Below are positions 1 through 8,225 of a DNA stretch of 58,493 nucleotides, one piece after another. Both the position numbers and the translations under genes were made by a program. Location: positions 1-58,493 of IMG/VR virus record IMGVR_UViG_3300044695_005296; one strand, 5' to 3'. This DNA is from a virus (taxonomy: Duplodnaviria > Caudoviricetes). Under the pieces are notes generated by a model that was not told the DNA's origin, searched no databases, and saw only the letters and a list, made by a program, of their open reading frames with translations. Every line of letters begins with the position of its first letter. Positions within the stretch are counted from its first letter, which is position 1.

Positions 1-44
1 AGGGAGACGGTAGTAGAGCTTAACTATTCGGAGGTTACAAAGCA

Positions 45-560
45 GTGACTAATTCGATTATGGTCCAGTTAAACCAGAAGCAGATTGAGCGTGCCGTAGT
101 CGCAGGCGCCCTTAGGGAGCTGCGTGCGATTAAGGACGGGCTAAAGGACAGGTATAACTGGGAGCGCGATGGCTGGAAGCAGCACATTGAGGGCGCAATG
201 GGCGAAGTTGCCGCTGCCGTTGCCACCGGCTTGCCGTGGACAGGAGAAGACATTGACACATTTAAGGGGGCAGATGTCGGAGAGAACGTGCAGGTTCGCT
301 TCCGACCTGGTCGCTACCAGGATCTCTCTATCCGCAAGGGGGACAGCAAGAAGTCAATCTACGTTCTTGTGTTGCCGGCGGATATGAGGAACTTTATTTT
401 TGAAGTGGTTGGATGGATGTCTGCGAAAGAAGGCATGGAGGAGAAGTACTACCACGAAGATAAGGCGCTGTACTTTGTGCCCAAGGCTCATCTGCATGAC
501 ATTACAACGCTTCCAGGATACGTACCGCCGCCACCGTCAGAATACGGGCTGTGGGGCTAG
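45..560 (+). CDS. Hypothetical phage protein, possible PD-(D/E)XK-fold nuclease
   Basis: GGAGG RBS at ~30 and GTG start; G-x-x-G-E-x-A...D-V...V-Q-V-R pattern. Confidence 0.6.
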   Translation: MTNSIMVQLNQKQIERAVVAGALRELRAIKDGLKDRYNWERDGWKQHIEGAMGEVAAAVATGLPWTGEDIDTFKGADVGENVQVRFRPGRYQDLSIRKGDSKKSIYVLVLPADMRNFIFEVVGWMSAKEGMEEKYYHEDKALYFVPKAHLHDITTLPGYVPPPPSEYGLWG

Positions 561-742
561 GCGCACTTTGCGTGATGGTGCAAAAGACGCGAGCTGCTCT
601 TTGCGCCAACAAAGCTAATTACATACTTAGACCTTATCTGGCTTGCAAGCATGGGCTGATCGCATACTGAGCATATACGCTTTGTAAGCGTTTCGGCTTT
701 CTTTTCACCCTTAGTTTTTGCGAGAGCTTTATTACCTGCCAT
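557..742 (-). CDS. Small basic protein with putative Zn finger (CxxC...HxxC)
   Basis: ATG at 742 preceded by GAGG; CSVC and HAKC; converges on the previous gene. Confidence 0.6.
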   Translation of the reverse strand: MAGNKALAKTKGEKKAETLTKRICSVCDQPMLASQIRSKYVISFVGAKSSSRLLHHHAKCA

Positions 743-749
743 ATACACC

Positions 750-920
750 TCTATCAATAGGTCGGCGGGAAGGCAACGGAGGAACGCCTGGATGCGACGC
801 AGCCCGTCGGCTCGCGCGGCCGCCAACACCGTTTCATGAGGCCCTCAAAGCCTCGTTAACCTTCCCGCCCTAGCCGACCATACCGTCGGCGAGCTGTCGC
901 CCATTGAGGAGGGACGACAA
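750..920 (-). ncRNA. Candidate structured non-coding RNA or 5' leader
   Basis: Several stems, including a perfect 10-bp pairing of 764-773 with 860-869; mismatches become G-U wobbles only on the minus strand; extended -10 directly upstream. Confidence 0.55.
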
Positions 921-925
921 ATTAC

Positions 926-934
926 ATACTATCA
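926..934 (-). promoter_or_regulatory. Extended -10 promoter (TGA-TAGTAT)
   Basis: TGn plus TAnnnT hexamer about 6 nt upstream of the first hairpin. Confidence 0.45.
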
Positions 935-968
935 CGGTTTTATAAGACTTGTGGACTTCTACAAAATC

Positions 969-977
969 TGCCATACT
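969..977 (+). promoter_or_regulatory. Extended -10 promoter, leaderless (TGC-CATACT-N6-ATG)
   Basis: Hexamer is 6 nt from ATG 984; no SD. Confidence 0.45.
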
Positions 978-983
978 GCGCCA

Positions 984-1196
984 ATGGAAAACCTTTTGTT
1001 CCCTAGCCAACGAGCTCGGGCGATCTGGATTCTCTGGTCGCAAGACAATCCAATTACCCTTACCCTGGAGCCTCGGTCCCAGGACGACGAAGAGCCGTAT
1101 CTGGTAATCTGTGGTCAGCACATTGATGCAGCCGTGCTCATGCGAGTTACGGAGAAGGAGGCAAATTGGCTAATCCACCAAAGGGCAGGGTTGTAG
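984..1196 (+). CDS. Hypothetical protein
   Basis: ORF heading the + strand cluster; ATG 984 chosen from promoter geometry. Confidence 0.55.
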   Translation: MENLLFPSQRARAIWILWSQDNPITLTLEPRSQDDEEPYLVICGQHIDAAVLMRVTEKEANWLIHQRAGL

Positions 1197-1633
1197 CTTC
1201 GGCAGAGCAGAGCTTTGAGGCAACGTTCGCAGAGATTTACTCCGAGGCATACGCACTTCTTGTGCGAAAGCAAGAGCGATACGGAGACTCCAACATCCAG
1301 CACCTTGGGATTCACGGGGTGATTAGCCGAATTGCGTACGACAAGATCGAGCGCGCTAAGCGCTTTCTTAATGGCAAGGTTGTTGACGGAGAAGTGATCC
1401 TTGACCCGCTGCCAGATGGTGGCGACGAATCTCTTGCCGACACTATGCTAGATATTGCAAACTACGCGCTCATTGCGGTTGCGCTACAGCGCTCTAAGTG
1501 GGGCCGACCACTAGACGGCCTCACGGCAGAGCTTCATCGTTTTGAACAGGAGAAGAAGGCGCCACGAGGGGATGCACCCAATCTTTCGCTGGCAAACCTT
1601 AGGGTGAATGTGATGGGAGCAAAGAAGAAGTGA
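1166..1633 (+). CDS. DUF1599 / nucleotide-modification-associated domain 1 (MazG-like fold) protein
   Basis: RKQERYG...SRIAYDKIER...ESLADTMLDIANYALI pattern. Confidence 0.75.
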   Translation: MANPPKGRVVASAEQSFEATFAEIYSEAYALLVRKQERYGDSNIQHLGIHGVISRIAYDKIERAKRFLNGKVVDGEVILDPLPDGGDESLADTMLDIANYALIAVALQRSKWGRPLDGLTAELHRFEQEKKAPRGDAPNLSLANLRVNVMGAKKK

Positions 1634-2466
1634 GCAAGAAGTCAAAGCGAGTACGAAACCCTAGGTCATTTGACTCACAAAGTATTGCTGCGCCTCAAAA
1701 GCGCCTTGGCATTTGTGTCGCAACGCCGACACTTGACGGCCGACTTCATGCTGGGTGCGTGGCAACCGTTATGCAATTGCAAAAGCTTTGCATTGAAGAA
1801 GGCATTTCCTTTACGTGGAAGGTGCTTGCTGGAAACTCTATTCTTCCCTTGGCGCGCAACGAGCTTGCTAAGCAGTTCCTGGACACAAAGGCAACGCACT
1901 TGTTTATGATTGACAGCGACATCCAGGTTGATCCAAGGCACATCTTGTATCTTCTGAGCCATGATCGAATGGTTAGTGCGCTTCCGTGCTCCAAGCGGGA
2001 AGTTCTTTGGAATCGCCTGGGTGAATTTATTTCTGCATACCCAAACACGAGCCTAGAAATGTATCCAGCCCTTATTGCGGAAGGCAACTTCTCAACAGAA
2101 GAGGACGTCTTCAAGGTGGATGAGTTTGGCTTTGCAAAGGTGCTAAAGGTGGGCACGGGCGCTATGATGGTCAAGCGGGAAGTGTTCGAGAAGATGATTG
2201 CAGAAAGCCCTGACAACTACTTCAACACAACGCAGGGGAAGCTTCACCAGTTCTTTAGCTACTCGCAAGACAACGAGACCAAGACTCAATACGGAGAGGA
2301 CTACACTTTCTGCAACACCTGGAGAAAGCTTGGTGGCGAGATTGATTTGCTGGTAGCGGCCAAGACCAAGCACCACGGACAATTAGCTATTGAGTTTAAC
2401 TGGAAGGGTATTGCCGAAACAATTACGGAATTTATGGCAGGGAAGGAGTCAAAGGATGCGGTCTGA
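1630..2466 (+). CDS. GT-A fold (GT2-like) glycosyltransferase
   Basis: ARN, THLFMIDSD (DxD), GTGAMMVKREVF and GEDYTFC motifs. Confidence 0.8.
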   Translation: MSKKSKRVRNPRSFDSQSIAAPQKRLGICVATPTLDGRLHAGCVATVMQLQKLCIEEGISFTWKVLAGNSILPLARNELAKQFLDTKATHLFMIDSDIQVDPRHILYLLSHDRMVSALPCSKREVLWNRLGEFISAYPNTSLEMYPALIAEGNFSTEEDVFKVDEFGFAKVLKVGTGAMMVKREVFEKMIAESPDNYFNTTQGKLHQFFSYSQDNETKTQYGEDYTFCNTWRKLGGEIDLLVAAKTKHHGQLAIEFNWKGIAETITEFMAGKESKDAV

Positions 2467-2959
2467 TTTACTTGCGCAAATCGCCCAATCTGTTTTCCCA
2501 AACAACTCGCGGGGCAGCGCAGCAAAGATGCTTGCCAATCGGATGAACGAGATCCTTGCCCCAGATCATCGGCGCTCGCCGCGCACGGTTGAGGCTTATG
2601 CAAGCAATCAGCGCGCCATCCCCGCAGACTACTCGGTGGCTGTTATTGAGTACGTAAAGAATAACCACCCGGAGTTGGTTGACATTATTGCCGAGGCAGA
2701 AGAGGACAGCGGCGCTGAGGTCAGCAGCGTTATCTCCAAGATTGACACGTTAACTGAAACGGTAGACAAGATTGAGAAGTCTGTTAACAAGCTGCAAGGA
2801 GCGACGCAAGCCGCTGGCATGTTGCTTGCTATTCGCAAGATGTGCGAAGATTGCGTTGGCGGCACGGCGGATAGCAAGGAAAGCTATTGCCACTGGAGTA
2901 ATTGTTCTCTTCGGGAATACAGTGATATGCGATTGTCACCCAACGCTAAGAGGATGTAG
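2456..2959 (+). CDS. Hypothetical protein: HTH-like N-terminus, coiled coil, Cys-rich C-terminus
   Basis: GGAG upstream of ATG 2456; CEDC...C...C cluster. Confidence 0.6.
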   Translation: MRSDLLAQIAQSVFPNNSRGSAAKMLANRMNEILAPDHRRSPRTVEAYASNQRAIPADYSVAVIEYVKNNHPELVDIIAEAEEDSGAEVSSVISKIDTLTETVDKIEKSVNKLQGATQAAGMLLAIRKMCEDCVGGTADSKESYCHWSNCSLREYSDMRLSPNAKRM

Positions 2960-3195
2960 TGGTCTGGTTTCCCGCTGTTTACACAACACTAGAAGACGGA
3001 CAGTGCTCTTCTGAGGTGTATGACAGCGAAACAATGATGGTCATTGGTTCCATTCAGGCGGGAGATCCAGAAAAAGTCTATGCCGAGACAGAAAGACTGC
3101 TGTCGTTCGTAAAGTATGTGTCAGATTCTCCTTCGCTATTGAAAGGATATGTGCTGAATGGTCAAGAAGAAGGCAAAGATGAACCAGGACTATGA
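2959..3195 (+). CDS. Hypothetical protein
   Basis: Start overlaps the previous stop; tightly packed operon. Confidence 0.55.
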   Translation: MVWFPAVYTTLEDGQCSSEVYDSETMMVIGSIQAGDPEKVYAETERLLSFVKYVSDSPSLLKGYVLNGQEEGKDEPGL

Positions 3196-3574
3196 TCACG
3201 ACTGGCTGCGCGGCTGGCTAAACGCCTCGTACAGTTCAACAGCAAGGACGCTTGGCCTGCTCCCAGAGCGCTGGACCCCAGGGGCAGAAGCCGCACTGGA
3301 GGAAGAGATTAGTCGAAACATTGCAGACATTTTACTTATTGGTAATTATGAGAAGTGCGAAATTGAAGGGGCGATCCTGCCGCCCTCTGAGGGGCATTCT
3401 AATTGGCGATTTATTGCAGTTGTCAAGTTGAACAAGATTCCATTTACCTGTATGGTGGGTTCCAAGAGCCCTGCTGGGCTCATTGATGCGGCAAGCGCTT
3501 GGGCCAACCATGTTGTTGCTCGCAAGTCACAACTGACAAAGAAGAAAATGAAAGAGGAGACAAGTGTCGATTGA
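3158..3574 (+). CDS. Hypothetical protein
   Basis: 138-aa ORF tiling the operon. Confidence 0.65.
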   Translation: MVKKKAKMNQDYDHDWLRGWLNASYSSTARTLGLLPERWTPGAEAALEEEISRNIADILLIGNYEKCEIEGAILPPSEGHSNWRFIAVVKLNKIPFTCMVGSKSPAGLIDAASAWANHVVARKSQLTKKKMKEETSVD

Positions 3575-3872
3575 GCGAGTGTTCCAGTACGTAGACGACA
3601 AGGCTGGCGACGCCTTGCTGAAGGTTGTGCAGGACGAGGATGGTTGCTATGCAGTTATGGCAGACACGGGCGAACCCTACGCTCGAATCTCATGCCTCAT
3701 TGAGAAGCAAAAGCCCATCGAGGGCTGGTTCTGGCTTAAGTGGTGGAGCGAAAATGAAGAGCTTGTTCGCCAGCTTGTAAACAAGGGGGTGCTGCAAACC
3801 CGAGACGATAAGATTATTCCTGTTTCAATGTGGCTGAACACTTGCGAGGCTCGCCTTGTCGAAGAAGAGTGA
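3564..3872 (+). CDS. Hypothetical protein
   Basis: GAGGAG RBS and GTG start. Confidence 0.7.
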   Translation: MSIERVFQYVDDKAGDALLKVVQDEDGCYAVMADTGEPYARISCLIEKQKPIEGWFWLKWWSENEELVRQLVNKGVLQTRDDKIIPVSMWLNTCEARLVEEE

Positions 3873-4068
3873 CACCATTGGGTACGCATACACCCAGCCG
3901 CAGGACCTTTGGGTTTGTTCGGTTTGTGGGGATGAGCGGCAAAGCGAAGCAGTCCAATCTACCCGCAGCAACACGCTGCATCAAGATTTTAAGCACGCCT
4001 CCTGTGTGGTGTGCCGGAGTACGCGGCTGTTTCGCGTAAAAAGGAGGGAAGATGAACGAGAAGTCTAG
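3856..4068 (+). CDS. Small Zn-ribbon protein
   Basis: CSVC...CVVC; fills the operon gap; start uncertain. Confidence 0.55.
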   Translation: MSKKSDTIGYAYTQPQDLWVCSVCGDERQSEAVQSTRSNTLHQDFKHASCVVCRSTRLFRVKRREDEREV

Positions 4069-4387
4069 TGTTCCTGCTTACGATGTCTTGCTGGCTGACG
4101 GCTGGGAGGACTGCATCATTGGCTTAGGGTGGCAATTTAATAAGCCGCTTATTGTTTACAGCAAGAACAAGATTCTGGCAAAGCTTGTTAATGAGTTTGC
4201 TGCGGATGCCCGCGACAACAAGGAGTTTGACGACAACGACGTCTACCGTGGGGACCGAGACTTTTTTGCTGAGGCAGAGGAATACTTTTCGTTTAACATC
4301 CAAGGCGCTTGGGTGGGCGAGTCAACCCCAGTCTTTGTTGACGAAGATGCCAACACCCCCGAAGCCATTAACGAGCAGTTGGCATGA
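4052..4387 (+). CDS. Conserved hypothetical phage protein
   Basis: GGAGG RBS; ADGWEDCIIG...EAEEYFSFNIQGAWVGESTPVF resembles a family common in aquatic phages. Confidence 0.75.
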   Translation: MNEKSSVPAYDVLLADGWEDCIIGLGWQFNKPLIVYSKNKILAKLVNEFAADARDNKEFDDNDVYRGDRDFFAEAEEYFSFNIQGAWVGESTPVFVDEDANTPEAINEQLA

Positions 4388-5316
4388 TCCGCTTTATCCT
4401 TGCGGCTGCCCTGTTGGCAGTTCCAAACACTCCTGACCCAAACCAGTTCTCCGTTGCTGGGTGGGAGCACGACCGAGTCAATCAGCGCGCTCACATCATG
4501 GATGGCAAGAGCTGGAACGGCAAGGAGTACGGCGCTGGCATTACCGTCTATGTAGTAGACAGCGGCGTATACGACTCCAAGATGTTCAACGGTGGCGTTG
4601 AGCAGGGGTACAGCGCATTTTCCGACGGGAAGGTTGCGTGTGGCGCCTACCACGGGAGCATGATTGCCTCAATTATTGCGGGTCGAAACATCGGCCTTGC
4701 GCAAAAGGCAAAGATTGTTTCTGTGCGCGTTATGAATTGCGCGGGTAAGGGAAACCCAAAGAACATCATTGCTGGGCTAAATTGGATTTTGCAAAATGCT
4801 GAACCAGGAACATCCGTAGTAAACATGTCGGTTAGCGGGGCGGCAACCCAGTCCCTTGACGACAAGGTAAACGAGATGGTTGACGCTGGCTTCCCAGTAG
4901 TTGTTGCCGCAGGAAACGAAGGGCGAGACGCCTGCCGATACAGCCCAGCGCGAGCGGCTAACGTTGTTACAATCGGCTCTTCCACCCGATTGGACCTGCG
5001 GTCCAGGGCAAGCAACATCGGTCCATGCATTTCCCTCTATGCCCCTGGGGAGAACCTTACCGTGTATCACCCTCTTAACGGGCAGATGAGGCAAACTGGT
5101 ACCTCTGGTGCTGCGGCATTCGTAAGCGGCGCTATTGCTGCAACTGCGTCTATGTATGGCCTAGAAACATATGACGCAATGACCGTGTTGTTCTACGGAT
5201 CAACTGCTGGGGCAATTTGCTGCGGCTACCGCACCACTTCAAGCGACCTGCTCTACCTCAATACTGACCTGTACAACATCAGTGACGGGGAGTGGTGGGC
5301 TGACTGGTGGGACTAG
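4384..5316 (+). CDS. Subtilisin-like S8 serine protease (proteinase K-like) with signal peptide
   Basis: VYVVDSG (Asp), YHGS (His), AAGN (oxyanion Asn), GTSGA (Ser); hydrophobic N-terminus. Confidence 0.9.
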   Translation: MIRFILAAALLAVPNTPDPNQFSVAGWEHDRVNQRAHIMDGKSWNGKEYGAGITVYVVDSGVYDSKMFNGGVEQGYSAFSDGKVACGAYHGSMIASIIAGRNIGLAQKAKIVSVRVMNCAGKGNPKNIIAGLNWILQNAEPGTSVVNMSVSGAATQSLDDKVNEMVDAGFPVVVAAGNEGRDACRYSPARAANVVTIGSSTRLDLRSRASNIGPCISLYAPGENLTVYHPLNGQMRQTGTSGAAAFVSGAIAATASMYGLETYDAMTVLFYGSTAGAICCGYRTTSSDLLYLNTDLYNISDGEWWADWWD

Positions 5317-6740
5317 AAGAACCTTCTGCCAGCAGTAAAGTAGAAAGAATTACCGCTTAGGTCTGCCGCATACACCAGCGCATCGACAAGGTCGTCGTGC
5401 TCCCCGTTTGGGAATGAGAGCATCTCATGCTCCAGGCTGTCAATCCCTGGAGCCCCGTTAAGGTGGAAAACTTTCCCCGCCTCATATCGTGCGGCAAGCG
5501 CGCGGCTTCTGCTTACCTTGTCCTTGTCCGGCCGAATGGCGCGAGCAGGAAGGCTGGTAGTGCCAAGGATCTCCCGAACAAACGTGCTCTGGTGCTGCAC
5601 GGCCTCAATGTTGAGCGACTCAATAAATCGTGGCTCTTCCGCCTCGTAGTTAAGACCACGAAGGCTGAGCATTCTCTGCGGCCAAAGGATCTTGGGGCCC
5701 TTGGAGCTGCCAATCTCCCCGTGCCGCGTAATGCCAGTCAGCCACTCCTGGTGACCCTCGTTGATCCGCTCCTTCCAGGCGCCAATCACGTAGAGATTGT
5801 GGTCGTCGTCCTCTAGGACTTCTACTGCAGTCGTATAGTCGCTGCGCTCGCTAATGGACGAAGCAAGGTCAACACCAATTCTCCTGGCGCCTTGCGGAAG
5901 TTTGTCTGTGCGCTGAAACCAGTCGTGGCGGAAGATGTTTCCACCCATAGAGGTAACGTCATTTTGGAACTGAAGCATAAAGATTGGGGTGCCGAGCTCT
6001 TCCTTCTTCTGGTTGAGCGTATCAACGGTGTACATTTCTGGCCAAAGAGGTTGGTTTTCCTCTAGCGCCCTTCGCTGATACGCCTGAATCCCCTTGCGCA
6101 TAAGCTCGGCATAGAAGTCATCTTCGTGCCAGCGCGTACCCACGTACCACTTCTTTGAACCAGGAACAAGCATTGGGTCAACAACTTGCCAGTACGTATC
6201 TGAGGCCTTTTGTCGTTGCCCAGCAGTAGCGTTCTCCTTCATGCCAACCATGTCGTCTGCAAACAACAAGTCAAGGCGGGCTCCTGGCTTAATAGATCCA
6301 AGGCCATCAGCAAAGCATGTGGCATCTTTACCCATGTTGACGCCCTTAATAGTCCAAGTTTCGTCGGTCCACTTGTTTCCAACCACGCCGTCGGCTGCCC
6401 AAGGGAACACTTCGGCGAAGAGCGGGCTCTCTATAAGGGTCTTGATAGCGCGGGATCTTGACATGGAGTCTGCAAGAACGGCTGTAAGGATGCCGATACG
6501 AATGTTTCCCTTGGTCATGCCAATGATTCGCGCAGCACGGAAGATTAAAGCAGTAGTCTTTGCATGTCCACGGGGCATGAGCACTAGTGCGCGGTCATGG
6601 TTGTCCATAAACTTTTCCATCTCTCGCAAGTGCCTAGGAAATACTAAGCCGCTCATGTACTCGGCAAATGCCGCATCTGAGGTTGCGGCCTTCTTGCGTA
6701 GCCAATCTCGGTATTCGCTGTTGCTAATACTAAGGCTCAA
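5313..6740 (-). CDS. terL: Terminase large subunit
   Basis: MPRGHAKT Walker A, LLFADD Walker B, GTRWHEDD, GVDLA, FPNGEHDDLVDA nuclease motifs. Confidence 0.95.
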   Translation of the reverse strand: MSLSISNSEYRDWLRKKAATSDAAFAEYMSGLVFPRHLREMEKFMDNHDRALVLMPRGHAKTTALIFRAARIIGMTKGNIRIGILTAVLADSMSRSRAIKTLIESPLFAEVFPWAADGVVGNKWTDETWTIKGVNMGKDATCFADGLGSIKPGARLDLLFADDMVGMKENATAGQRQKASDTYWQVVDPMLVPGSKKWYVGTRWHEDDFYAELMRKGIQAYQRRALEENQPLWPEMYTVDTLNQKKEELGTPIFMLQFQNDVTSMGGNIFRHDWFQRTDKLPQGARRIGVDLASSISERSDYTTAVEVLEDDDHNLYVIGAWKERINEGHQEWLTGITRHGEIGSSKGPKILWPQRMLSLRGLNYEAEEPRFIESLNIEAVQHQSTFVREILGTTSLPARAIRPDKDKVSRSRALAARYEAGKVFHLNGAPGIDSLEHEMLSFPNGEHDDLVDALVYAADLSGNSFYFTAGRRFF

Positions 6741-7242
6741 TTTCCGTCGCCTTGCCTTCGATAGGCTCTTCTTTCATGGCCTCCGCCCAAGCCTGCAAAC
6801 GTGTTGCCAGTTGATCCCTGGGCAGGGTGTCAATTTCATGGGGGACAGCGGACAGCTGGATTGCTGCCCCGTTCCGTCCCGTAATCTCAGTTCGGTCTGG
6901 CTCGTAAGCGCCAGTTAGCCTGGCTATACGATCAATTACTTCAAGCTGAATCTTTAAGAATTGGGCCTCATTGCTGGTGCCCTTGGCGCGGGCAGCCGCC
7001 GCAGCAGCCATCTTAGACACAAGGTTGGCCCGCTCAATGAGCTCACCCTTGTTTGTAGCGGGGTCTGGGTTTGGGTCAACCCATGATTTCTTGATGACGT
7101 AGCTGTGCTTTCGCACTGTTTCTTCGCTAAGGCTAACAATTCCTGCAATTTCGGACAGGGAAACACCCTGGAGCATCAACATTTTAATGCGCTCCCTGAG
7201 TGCTGCTAGTTGTTCTGCCGGCATGCGGCCTGGTCTTGCCAT
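6730..7242 (-). CDS. terS: Putative terminase small subunit
   Basis: N-terminal HTH, EITGRNG motif, directly upstream of terL. Confidence 0.7.
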   Translation of the reverse strand: MARPGRMPAEQLAALRERIKMLMLQGVSLSEIAGIVSLSEETVRKHSYVIKKSWVDPNPDPATNKGELIERANLVSKMAAAAAARAKGTSNEAQFLKIQLEVIDRIARLTGAYEPDRTEITGRNGAAIQLSAVPHEIDTLPRDQLATRLQAWAEAMKEEPIEGKATEIEP

Positions 7243-7248
7243 GTAACA

Positions 7249-7257
7249 ATGATAACA
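7249..7257 (-). promoter_or_regulatory. Extended -10 promoter, leaderless (TGT-TATCAT-N6-ATG)
   Basis: Hexamer is 6 nt from ATG 7242; no SD. Confidence 0.6.
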
Positions 7258-7329
7258 TACCAATCGTAGAAACTACCGTTCTGGTCATTTGCCTGCCCGC
7301 ACCATAAAATGCGGGCAAGGGGGATTCCT

Positions 7330-7686
7330 ATGGCCACGACTTACGATATTACAGCGGAACAAGGCAGCTACCTGACCATCAGCCTTGAATACCGTGACGC
7401 GGCTGGCAGCCTTGTCAATCTTACGGGGGCCACTGCGGCTATGCACGTTCGAAGAAGACAAGGCGCACAAGAGGCATTCTTGCGTCTTTCCAGCACGAAC
7501 GGAACCACAACCGGCATCGCCCTTGGAACCACCAATGGCGCAATAACCGTTTACGTATCAGACGAAGCCCTGAGCCTTATCGCCCCAGGGACGTATGTCT
7601 ACGACCTTGAAGTAAACCCTGTTGGCGGCGCCATGGTGAAGCTCATCTCTGGCCTGTTTACAGTGGCTGGAGAAGTAACCAGATGA
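7330..7686 (+). CDS. Virion structural protein (BppU-like beta-sandwich)
   Basis: EQG...[12 protein letters not shown]...GTYVYDLEV...GEVTR; heads the fibre cluster; AGGGGG RBS. Confidence 0.65.
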   Translation: MATTYDITAEQGSYLTISLEYRDAAGSLVNLTGATAAMHVRRRQGAQEAFLRLSSTNGTTTGIALGTTNGAITVYVSDEALSLIAPGTYVYDLEVNPVGGAMVKLISGLFTVAGEVTR

Positions 7687-8216
7687 CAGTTGAGGTTTCC
7701 GAACAAACACGAACCATTAACGTTACGCAGCAAAGTAATAGCGTTACTGCAACAACCAGCCCTGTTTCCGTATCGGTAAGTGCGCCAACACTAAGTATTA
7801 CCAGCGCCAGCGGCGGCACAGTGCAGGGCCTCCAGGGGCCCACTGGTCCGCAGGGTCCCACCGGGGCAACTGGACCAACTGGCTCAACCGGATCGACGGG
7901 CGCCACTGGCGCTACTGGCTCAACCGGCCCGCAAGGCCCGCAAGGCGTGCAGGGGCCAACTGGATCTACCGGAGCAACGGGCGCAACCGGGCCGCAAGGG
8001 GCGCAAGGCAGCGGCGCTTCCCACTCAACTTACGTCTTCACGCAGAACTCCGCCTCAGCGACGTGGACAATTACGCACAACTTGGCGTGTTTTCCATCAG
8101 TAGAAATTGTTGATAGCGCAGGAACGCTAGTCATTGGCGATATCTCGTACATAGATAATAATAGCCTGACTGTCAGCTTTGTTGCTGCGTTTGGCGGCAA
8201 AGCATATTTAAACTAG
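7683..8216 (+). CDS. Collagen-like fibre protein
   Basis: About 20 Gly-X-Y triplets; C-terminal WTITHNL...GKAYLN fibre domain. Confidence 0.85.
   Translation: MTVEVSEQTRTINVTQQSNSVTATTSPVSVSVSAPTLSITSASGGTVQGLQGPTGPQGPTGATGPTGSTGSTGATGATGSTGPQGPQGVQGPTGSTGATGATGPQGAQGSGASHSTYVFTQNSASATWTITHNLACFPSVEIVDSAGTLVIGDISYIDNNSLTVSFVAAFGGKAYLN
7827..8006 (+). repeat. Collagen Gly-X-Y coding repeat
   Basis: GPT/GPQ/GAT/GST triplets. Confidence 0.9.
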
Positions 8217-8225
8217 GAGAGAGAA

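Noticed and set aside
1-44. Terminal repeat or circular overlap with the window end
   Set aside because: The first bases do not match the last, and ssb is truncated, so some sequence is missing
750-920. tRNA or hammerhead ribozyme
   Set aside because: No T-loop or CCA cloverleaf; CTCATGAAAC resembles but does not match the CUGAUGA...GAAA core arrangement
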